DNA of 64,000 bases from Planctomycetota bacterium (GTDB lineage Bacteria > Planctomycetota > MHYJ01 > WSZJ01), in NCBI GenBank assembly GCA_038060895.1, contig JBBTCT010000022.1:1-64000 (forward strand), read 5' to 3'. Under the pieces are notes generated by a model. The model was not told the origin of the DNA. It saw only the letters and a list, made by a program, of their open reading frames with translations, and did not search any database. Within the stretch, counting starts at the first letter, position 1, and the number at the start of each line of letters is the position of its first letter. Positions 50,897 through 58,123 of this stretch are shown in pieces. The translations under genes and the position numbers were made by a program.

Positions 50897-51967
50897 GTGC
50901 CTCTTGAGGAGAATGACGTGAGAGACTTCGCGCCGCTGCCAGACGACACCCGCTTCCAGGACATCCTCTACGTGAAGTCGGACGGCGTGGCCACGGTCAC
51001 AATCAACCGTGCCGCCGCGCACAACTCCTACTCGACGCACTGCCTCGTCGAACTCGAGAGGGCGTTTACCGACGCTTCTCGGGACGACCGCGTCGCCGTC
51101 GTGGTCTTCACGGGCGCCGGAACCCGGGCGTTCTGTACGGGTGGAGACGTGAAGGAGTACGCGACGGAATACGTGAAGCGGCCGCGCGACTACTGGAAGT
51201 ACATGGGGTTGTTCCGGGCGTACATCGAATCGATCATGCACTGCGGCAAGCCGGTGATCGCCCGCATCAACGGCATGGCGGCCGGCGGCGGCAACGAATC
51301 GCAGCTCGCCTGCGACCTCGGAGTGATCGCAGAGCACGCCTGGGTCGGCCAGGTCGGCACCTCCGTCGGCTCCGTCGCCTGCGGCGGCGCCACGCAATGG
51401 CTGCCGCTGGTCGTGGGAGACCGTCGCGCCCGCGAGATGCTCCTGCTCAATCCGCGAATCCCCGCCCGCAAGGCGCTGGACTGGGGACTCGTCAACGCCG
51501 TCGTGCCCAGCGTCACGCACGAAGGGAAGTTCGTCGAGGGCGCTTCGGAAGAACAGATCCGTCTCGCCCAGGACGGGAAGGAAGGCTGGAGGATCGACCT
51601 GTCGCGGCTCGACCAGAAGGTGGCGGAGTACGTGAAGAGCCTGAAGGAGAAGTTTCCGGAGTGCCTGCGTTATACGAAGGCGCAGACGAACCAGAACAAG
51701 GAAGCGATCTGGCACGCGACGGTGTCTCATGCGCAGGAGTGGCTGGCGCTGCATTTCACCAGCCCGGAGCCGCAGGAGGGGATGAAGGCCTTCGCGGAGA
51801 AGCGGCCGGTGGACTGGGTTGGGGTCCGGTCCAAGTGGGCCGACGACCGGTCGCCCGAGTATGCGTGGGGAGCGCCGGGGGCGAAGTGCGGCCAGTGCGG
51901 GTCGAATTCCATGCCCGAGGGATTCTCCTTCTGCGGGAAGTGCGGCCATGAGCTCAAAGCCCGCTGA
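50897..51967 (+). CDS. oah: 6-oxocyclohex-1-ene-1-carbonyl-CoA hydrolase (Oah/BamA-like) with C-terminal zinc ribbon
   Basis: Crotonase fold: HNSY, AFCTGGDVKEY, GGGNESQLACDL, GSVACGGAT, FPECLRYTK, CGQC...CGKC. Context with dch and had. Confidence 0.8.
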   Translation: MPLEENDVRDFAPLPDDTRFQDILYVKSDGVATVTINRAAAHNSYSTHCLVELERAFTDASRDDRVAVVVFTGAGTRAFCTGGDVKEYATEYVKRPRDYWKYMGLFRAYIESIMHCGKPVIARINGMAAGGGNESQLACDLGVIAEHAWVGQVGTSVGSVACGGATQWLPLVVGDRRAREMLLLNPRIPARKALDWGLVNAVVPSVTHEGKFVEGASEEQIRLAQDGKEGWRIDLSRLDQKVAEYVKSLKEKFPECLRYTKAQTNQNKEAIWHATVSHAQEWLALHFTSPEPQEGMKAFAEKRPVDWVGVRSKWADDRSPEYAWGAPGAKCGQCGSNSMPEGFSFCGKCGHELKAR

Positions 51968-52646
51968 CCGCGGCGCGATCGTCACCGGCGGCGCTTCGGG
52001 AATCGGCGCCTGCGCCTCGAAAGCGCTCGAGAGCGAGGGCTACGTCGTCTGCCGCGTCGATCTCGCGGAGCCCGGGGACGTGCTGGGGGACGTGCGCGCC
52101 GAAGGGACGGCGCGGCGGGCGCTCGACTGGCTCCGGGAGAAGGGGACCGGACCGGACGTGCTGGTGAACTGCGCCGGGATCACGCGCGGCGCGGCGATGC
52201 CGAAGCTGACGCAGGAGGACTGGGATCTCGTCATCGGGGTGGACCTGACCGGGGCGTTCGTGTTCACGAAGGCGGTCTCGCCCGTGATGGCGGAGCGCGG
52301 CGGCGGCCGGATCGTGAACGTCGCTTCGACGCTTGCGCTGCGCGCGCGACGAGGGACGGCGGCGTACGCGGCGGCGAAGGCGGGGTTGCTCGGGTTCACG
52401 CGAGCCTGCGCGCGCGACCTCGGGCCGAAGAACATCAACGTCAACGCGGTTGCGCCGGGGCTCGTGCTGACGCGGTTGGCGGACGAGATCCCGGCGGAGA
52501 CGCGAGAGAAGCTGCTCGCGGAGACCGCGCTGGGCCGCTTTGCCACCCCGGAGGACGTCGCGGGAGTGATCGTCTTTCTCTGCTCGCCTGCTGCGCGCCA
52601 TGTCACGGGCGAAACCATCCGCGTCGATGGAGGACAACTCGCATGA
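51948..52646 (+). CDS. Short-chain dehydrogenase (FabG/BzdZ-like)
   Basis: TGGASGIG, VNCAG, YAAAK, VNAVAPG, VDGG. Confidence 0.9.
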   Translation: MSSKPADRGAIVTGGASGIGACASKALESEGYVVCRVDLAEPGDVLGDVRAEGTARRALDWLREKGTGPDVLVNCAGITRGAAMPKLTQEDWDLVIGVDLTGAFVFTKAVSPVMAERGGGRIVNVASTLALRARRGTAAYAAAKAGLLGFTRACARDLGPKNINVNAVAPGLVLTRLADEIPAETREKLLAETALGRFATPEDVAGVIVFLCSPAARHVTGETIRVDGGQLA

Positions 52647-53401
52647 GCCTGGTGACCGTCGTCCGGCAGGATCACATCGTGACCTGCTCGATTGGCAACC
52701 CGCCGCTCAACATCCTCACCTGCGCGGTCATGAACGAACTCTGCGCCGCCCTCCGGGAGACGCGGCCGGACGACCGCGTCATCGTCATCCGGGGAGCGGG
52801 AAAGCACTTTTGCGCTGGCGCCGACATTGCCGAGCACCTGCCGGAGAAGGGGCCCGCGATGCTCGAGACGCTCGGGAGGCTGTTCACCACGCTGAACGAC
52901 GTCCCCGTCCCCACGGTGGCCGTCGTGCGCGGAGCATGCATGGGCGCGGGGCTGGAGCTCGCCGCCGCCTGCGATTTCATCATCGCCGCGGAGGACGCAA
53001 AACTCGGCGTCCCGGAAATCTCGCTGGGCGTCGTCGCCCCGGTCGCCTCGGTCGACCTGCCGCGGAAAATCGGCGAAACGCGGGCCGCGGAACTTCTCTT
53101 CCTCGGCAAACCCATCTCCGGCCGGCAGGCGGGGGAGTGGGGCCTGGCCGTCGAGGTCGCGGTGGAAGCGGATCTCGACGCCCGCGCCGACATCCTGGCC
53201 GCGAAACTCGCGGCCCACTCCGGAGCAGCGCTTCGATCCACGAAGCGTTGCCTGCGCGCGGCGGGGGCAAGGCCTGTTCATGCGGACGCGCTTTCCGCGG
53301 CGCTTGGCATCTACAAGGCGGACGTCCTGCCGAGCGCGGACGGCCTGGAGGGGTTGAAGGCGTTCCTGGAGAAGCGGCAGGCCAAGTGGAGGGACCAGTG
53401 A
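52643..53401 (+). CDS. dch: Cyclohexa-1,5-diene-1-carbonyl-CoA hydratase (Dch-like)
   Basis: PPLNIL, HFCAGADIAEHLP, GLELAAACD, PEISLGVVAP, EGLKAFLEKR. Operon context. Confidence 0.8.
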   Translation: MSLVTVVRQDHIVTCSIGNPPLNILTCAVMNELCAALRETRPDDRVIVIRGAGKHFCAGADIAEHLPEKGPAMLETLGRLFTTLNDVPVPTVAVVRGACMGAGLELAAACDFIIAAEDAKLGVPEISLGVVAPVASVDLPRKIGETRAAELLFLGKPISGRQAGEWGLAVEVAVEADLDARADILAAKLAAHSGAALRSTKRCLRAAGARPVHADALSAALGIYKADVLPSADGLEGLKAFLEKRQAKWRDQ

Positions 53402-54423
53402 TGAAAGCGGCTGTCTACTATGCGGGCGCGAAAGGTCTCGAGATCAAGGACGTCCCGGTTCCCGAGCCGGCGCCCGGGGAAGCGCGGGTGAAGGTGGCCG
53501 CGTGCGGGCTCTGCCATACGGACCTGCACTATCTCGACCATGGCGTCCCGACGTTCAAGAAGCCGCCGATCATCCTGGGGCACGAGCCCGCGGGTCATGT
53601 GGACGCGCTGGGCGCCGGGGTGACGAACGTGAAGCCGGGCCAGGCCGTGCTCGTCCCGGCGGTTCTCACCTGCGGCGAGTGCACCCTCTGCCGGACGGGC
53701 CGGTCGAACATCTGCGAGCGGATGCAGATGCTCGGGAACCACATTGACGGAGCGTTCGCGGAGTTCGTGTGCGTCCGCGCGCGCGACCTGGTTCCGCTTC
53801 CCGCCGGGCTCGATCCCGTGGAAGCCTCGATCGTGGCCGACGCGGTGACGACGGCGTTTCACGCGGTCGTGCACAGGGCGCAGGTCCGGCCCGGCGAGAC
53901 GGTGGCGATTTTCGGGTGCGGCGGAGTGGGTCTGTCGGCGGTGCAGTTCGCGGCGCTGGCCGGCGCCTACGTCATCGCCGTGGATCTTGACCCGGCGAAA
54001 CTCCTGCTGGCGCGCCAGCTGGGCGCCGCCGACACGGTCGATGCGAAGGCGGATCCCGAGCCCGCGAAGACGATCAAGAAGAAGACTGGCGGCGGCGTGG
54101 ACAAGGCGATGGAGTGCATCGGCAGCCCGAAAGTCATCCCCGTGGCGCACAACTCCGTCCGCGCCGGGGGCCGGCTGGTCATCGTCGGGTTCGCCGACAA
54201 GCCGGTCGAACTCAATGCGGGGAAGATCATGTTCATGGAGCAGGAGGTCATCGGGTCCCTCGGTTGCCGGCCCGTGGATTTCCCGCGGGTCCTCGAAATG
54301 TGCGCCTCCGGCCGCTACAAGCTTGCTCCGCTCGTGACCTCGAGGCGCCCGCTCGAGCGCGTGAACGAAGCGCTGGACGAATTGAGAGCGGGAAAGAGCG
54401 TGAGAAGCGTCGTCATCCCCTGA
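53401..54423 (+). CDS. had: 6-hydroxycyclohex-1-ene-1-carbonyl-CoA dehydrogenase (Had-like, Zn-ADH)
   Basis: CGLCHTDL, GHE, VPAVLTCGECTLC, GNHIDG, VADAVTT, GCGGVG, GSLGC. Operon context. Confidence 0.8.
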   Translation: MKAAVYYAGAKGLEIKDVPVPEPAPGEARVKVAACGLCHTDLHYLDHGVPTFKKPPIILGHEPAGHVDALGAGVTNVKPGQAVLVPAVLTCGECTLCRTGRSNICERMQMLGNHIDGAFAEFVCVRARDLVPLPAGLDPVEASIVADAVTTAFHAVVHRAQVRPGETVAIFGCGGVGLSAVQFAALAGAYVIAVDLDPAKLLLARQLGAADTVDAKADPEPAKTIKKKTGGGVDKAMECIGSPKVIPVAHNSVRAGGRLVIVGFADKPVELNAGKIMFMEQEVIGSLGCRPVDFPRVLEMCASGRYKLAPLVTSRRPLERVNEALDELRAGKSVRSVVIP

Positions 54424-55132
54424 GAGCCCGCGCCCGGCCCGCGGATCCGCCCGACCTCCTGATTTCCCTCGTTGCGGGCCTGGAACGGCCGTACGTCTTG
54501 AATTTTGCGAGCAGTTCCGCGACGTCCGGCTCCGCCAGGATCACCGGCGAACCCGCCGACAGCGCGGCAAGGAACATCGCCGCCAGCACTTCCAGTTGCT
54601 GCGCCCACCTCAACGCCTCTTCCACGGTTTCACCGATGGCCACGATCCCGTGATTCGACATCAGGCAGGCTCTCCGGTCCTCCAGAGCCTGCACCGAAGC
54701 CCGGGCGAGCGCCTCCGTGCCGTACGGGGCGTACGGAGCGCAACGGATGTCGGCGCCGCCGAACATGGGCACGGAGTAATGGAACGCGGGAATGGCAAGG
54801 CGAAGGCACGCGACGGCCGAGGCATGAAGCGGGTGGGCATGAACGATTCCTTCCACGTCCGGCCGGGCCTCATAGATGGCCCGGTGGAGCCGCCACTCGG
54901 TTGAAGGCTCAGCTCCGTCATGCCAGGCGCCGGCGAGGGAAACCCGGGAAAGGCTCCCGGGGGCGACTTCGTCGTACGGCACCGCCGTCGGCGTGATCAC
55001 GAACATCCCCGGATCCTCGAGGCGCGCGGAGACGTTCCCGGAGGTTCCGTGGTTGATGCCGGAACGGTTCATCTCCAGGGCCGCTTCGACGACGCGGGTG
55101 CGGATGGTTCGGCCGGCTGACGGCGGGATCAC
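54413..55132 (-). CDS. Class II aldolase/adducin family protein (FucA-like)
   Basis: GTSGNVS, ITPT, PSTEWRLH, IVHAH, IPAFHY, NHG. Start uncertain (GTG 55132). Confidence 0.88.
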   Translation of the reverse strand: MIPPSAGRTIRTRVVEAALEMNRSGINHGTSGNVSARLEDPGMFVITPTAVPYDEVAPGSLSRVSLAGAWHDGAEPSTEWRLHRAIYEARPDVEGIVHAHPLHASAVACLRLAIPAFHYSVPMFGGADIRCAPYAPYGTEALARASVQALEDRRACLMSNHGIVAIGETVEEALRWAQQLEVLAAMFLAALSAGSPVILAEPDVAELLAKFKTYGRSRPATREIRRSGGSAGRARALRG

Positions 55133-55146
55133 GGATGCACGATATA

Positions 55147-55165
55147 TAGTAAATGCCATTAAATA
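55147..55165. promoter_or_regulatory. Palindromic operator, copy 3
   Basis: TAGTAAA-TGCCA-TTAAATA between the divergent aldolase and DUF1800 genes. Confidence 0.72.
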
Positions 55166-55224
55166 AATGGAAACCTTCGGGGCCCAGCCGGGTTTCCATC
55201 CCGGACGCCCTTCGGAGAACCCCG

Positions 55225-56712
55225 ATGCCCAATCCCCTCGCCCCGGTCACTACCTCTTCGTGGGACCGCTCCCGCGCCCGTCACCTCCTCAACCGCGCCG
55301 GTTTCGGGATCCCGCTTCATGAGGTAGATCGCCTCGCCGCCATGTCCCCTGAGGCCGCGGTCGCCCGCTTCGTCGAATTTGAGGCGCGCCCCGACTGGTT
55401 CCAGCCCCCCGACTTCCTCCCGGCACCGTTTGATTTCGCCGCAAAGCGCCGCGAAGTCGCCGGCCTCACCGAAGAAGAACGCAAGGATCTCTTCAAGGAA
55501 CGCATGCGCGAGGAACACCAGGCAATGGCGCAACTCCAGGACTGGTGGCTCGACCAGATGCTCACCACGCTTCAGCCCCTCCAGGCCAAGCTCACCCTGT
55601 TCTGGCACGGCCACTTCGCCACGTCCGCCCAGAAAGTAAAGTCCTGCCGCAACAACTGGCAGCTCTTCCAGGTGTTCCGCGAAAAGGCTGCAGGGAGTTT
55701 CCGGGAACTGGTCCGCAGCGTCGGGAAGTCGCCCGCCATGCTCGAGTACCTCGACAACGAGAAGAACAAGAAGGGGCACCCGAACGAGAACTGGGCCCGC
55801 GAGCTGATGGAGCTGTTCACGATGGGGCGCGGGAACTACACGGAGGACGACATCAAGGAAGCGGCGCGCGCATTCACGGGGTGGATGCGCGTCGGCGAGA
55901 AGTTCTGGTTCAACGCGCACGCGCACGACGACGGCGTGAAGACGGTCCTGGGCCGGAAGGGCGACTTCGACGGCGACCAGGTTGTGGACATCGTCGTGGA
56001 GAACCCCGCCACGGCGAAGTTCGTGGCGAAGAAGATGTGGGAGTTCTTCGCGTACGAGGAGCCCGAGACTGAGGTCGTCGAAGGGCTCGCGCGTGTTTTC
56101 ACGGAGGCGAAATTCGAGCTCAAGCCGCTTCTCCGGGCGATGTTTCTCTCGGAGGCGTTCTACTCGCCGCGCTCCGTTGGGAACCAGGTCAAGAGCCCGG
56201 TGCAGCTGGTGCTCGGGCTTCTGGACGGCCTGGACGTCCCGCTGGCGCTGGAGTCGGGGCGGTTCGCGCGGCTCATCCTGACCGGGCTGGGGCAGGATCT
56301 GTTCCACCCGCCGAACGTGAAGGGGTGGCCGGGGAACCGCGCGTGGATCGACACGAACACGCTGCTGCTGCGCTGCAACGCGGCGGGAATTCTCGTCAAC
56401 GGGCTCGACCCGGAAGACATGGCGGGAGGCGAGGGGGAGGGGGCGCGCCGGCGCGGGTTGCCGCGGCGGATCCGGTCGCCGTTCGAGGCGATGAAGTGGG
56501 CGGGGCGGCGGATGGCAGGGGCGAAGACGGCGGAGGAGGCGGCGGACCGTGTGACGGAGATCCTGCTGGGCCGCAGGCCGACGGCAGAGCAGCGCACCGT
56601 GCTGGCGCGCGCGCTGGGCGCCGGGACGGGGCAGGCCTGGAAAGCGAACGAGGATGGGGTGCGCGCGGTCGTGCACCTCGTGACGTCGATGGCGGAATAC
56701 CAACTCTGTTAG
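55225..56712 (+). CDS. DUF1800 family protein
   Basis: HLLNRAGFG, LFWHGHFATS, AMLEYLD, PNENWARELMELFTMG, AARAFTGW, PPNVKGW, EYQL. Confidence 0.92.
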   Translation: MPNPLAPVTTSSWDRSRARHLLNRAGFGIPLHEVDRLAAMSPEAAVARFVEFEARPDWFQPPDFLPAPFDFAAKRREVAGLTEEERKDLFKERMREEHQAMAQLQDWWLDQMLTTLQPLQAKLTLFWHGHFATSAQKVKSCRNNWQLFQVFREKAAGSFRELVRSVGKSPAMLEYLDNEKNKKGHPNENWARELMELFTMGRGNYTEDDIKEAARAFTGWMRVGEKFWFNAHAHDDGVKTVLGRKGDFDGDQVVDIVVENPATAKFVAKKMWEFFAYEEPETEVVEGLARVFTEAKFELKPLLRAMFLSEAFYSPRSVGNQVKSPVQLVLGLLDGLDVPLALESGRFARLILTGLGQDLFHPPNVKGWPGNRAWIDTNTLLLRCNAAGILVNGLDPEDMAGGEGEGARRRGLPRRIRSPFEAMKWAGRRMAGAKTAEEAADRVTEILLGRRPTAEQRTVLARALGAGTGQAWKANEDGVRAVVHLVTSMAEYQLC

Positions 56713-56713
56713 C

Positions 56714-56772
56714 GCCCTTCGACTCGCCCTTCGGGCTCGACCACTCTGAGCGAGCGGAGCGAGTCGAAGGGC
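56714..56772. repeat. REP-like palindrome
   Basis: Perfect 14-bp arms GCCCTTCGACTCGC / GCGAGTCGAAGGGC. Confidence 0.7.
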
Positions 56773-56785
56773 TCAGGAGGTTTTG

Positions 56786-58015
56786 ATGTCCACGAACAAC
56801 GTCGTCTTCACCCGTCGCGAGTTCATGCGGACGTCGGCTGTCGTCAGCGCGGGGCTGACGCTTCCCGCATTCCTCACCGGATGGCGTGGCCTCGCGCAGG
56901 CTGAGGAACCCGGCGCGGGCGGGCGCATCCTCGTCGTCCTGCAGTTGGGAGGCGGCAATGACGGGCTGAACACGCTCGTCCCGTACACGGACGACGCCTA
57001 CCGCCGCGCGCGGCCGACGCTCGGTCTGGCGAAGGAGCGCGTGCTCGACATCGACGGCCGCTTCGGCTTCAACGATTCGCTCGCGGCTATTAAAGGCCTC
57101 TTCGACGACGGGAAAGTCGCCGTCGTCCACGGCGTCGGCTACCCCAACCCCGACCGGTCACACTTCCGCTCCATGGACATCTGGCACACCGCCTCTGACT
57201 CGGACCGCTACGAGACGACGGGCTGGCTCGGGAGGTACTTCCACAACTGCTGCGGCGGGAAGCCGGACCCCGTGACCGGGGTGAATGTGGGGGCGAAGAT
57301 GCCGATGGCGTTTGCGGGAAGCGACGTGGGGGTCTCCTTCACGAACCCGGCGTGGTTCCGGTGGCTGCCGGGGGACGGGGCGGACACGGAGAAGGCGTAC
57401 CGGGAGCTGAACGCGGGGAAGGGTGAGGGGACGCTCGACTACCTGCGGTCGGTTTCGGCGAGCGTGGTGGCGACTTCGGACAAGGTGCAGGCGGTGGCGC
57501 GGAAGCGGCGCGCGGCGGGGGAGTATCCGCAGAGCCGGTTCGCGGACGACCTGAAGACGGTCGCGAACATGATCCTGGGTGGGCTGCCGGCGCGGGTTTA
57601 CTACGTGTCGATGACGGGGTTCGACACGCACGCGGGGCAGGCGGGGACGCAGGATCGGCTGCTGAAGGAGTTCGCGGAGGGGGTGAAGGCGTTCCACGGC
57701 GACCTGGCGAAGGCCGGGGCTGCGGAGCGCGTGCTGATGATGAGCTTCAGCGAATTCGGCCGCCGGGTGGAGCAGAACGCCAGCGGCGGAACCGATCACG
57801 GGACGGCGGGGCCGATGTTCGTGATCGGGGAAGGGGCGTTGCCGGGGCTCAAGGGGACGCCGCCGAAGCTGACGGACCTGGAGCAGGGGGACCTGAAGCA
57901 CACGGCGGACTTCCGCGCGGTGTACGGCGAGGTCGTGTCGCGGTGGCTCGGGGGGGACGCGAAGCAGGTGCTCGGGCGCGACCTGCAGCCCCTGGGGGTC
58001 GTGCGGGCGGTGTAA
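56786..58015 (+). CDS. DUF1501 family protein, Tat signal
   Basis: TRREFM, QLGGGNDGLN, RSHFRS, GWLGR, FDTH, SEFGRR, GTDHG, DFR. Confidence 0.92.
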   Translation: MSTNNVVFTRREFMRTSAVVSAGLTLPAFLTGWRGLAQAEEPGAGGRILVVLQLGGGNDGLNTLVPYTDDAYRRARPTLGLAKERVLDIDGRFGFNDSLAAIKGLFDDGKVAVVHGVGYPNPDRSHFRSMDIWHTASDSDRYETTGWLGRYFHNCCGGKPDPVTGVNVGAKMPMAFAGSDVGVSFTNPAWFRWLPGDGADTEKAYRELNAGKGEGTLDYLRSVSASVVATSDKVQAVARKRRAAGEYPQSRFADDLKTVANMILGGLPARVYYVSMTGFDTHAGQAGTQDRLLKEFAEGVKAFHGDLAKAGAAERVLMMSFSEFGRRVEQNASGGTDHGTAGPMFVIGEGALPGLKGTPPKLTDLEQGDLKHTADFRAVYGEVVSRWLGGDAKQVLGRDLQPLGVVRAV

Positions 58016-58056
58016 ATCCCCCGGAATTCCGAAACGCGGGGGCACCCGCAGCTATA

Positions 58057-58075
58057 TAGTTAATCACCTTAACTA
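58057..58075. promoter_or_regulatory. Palindromic operator, copy 4 (perfect arms)
   Basis: TAGTTAA-TCACC-TTAACTA, about 50 nt before the Nod-like gene. Confidence 0.8.
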
Positions 58076-58123
58076 ACGGGGCGCCTTCCGGCGCTCCGTC
58101 CGCCCTCCAGACAGGAGCCTTCC

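Noticed and set aside
58035-58095. Sigma54 promoter for the Nod-like gene
   Set aside because: GG-N10-GC matches here lack TGC/TTGC context and are expected by chance.
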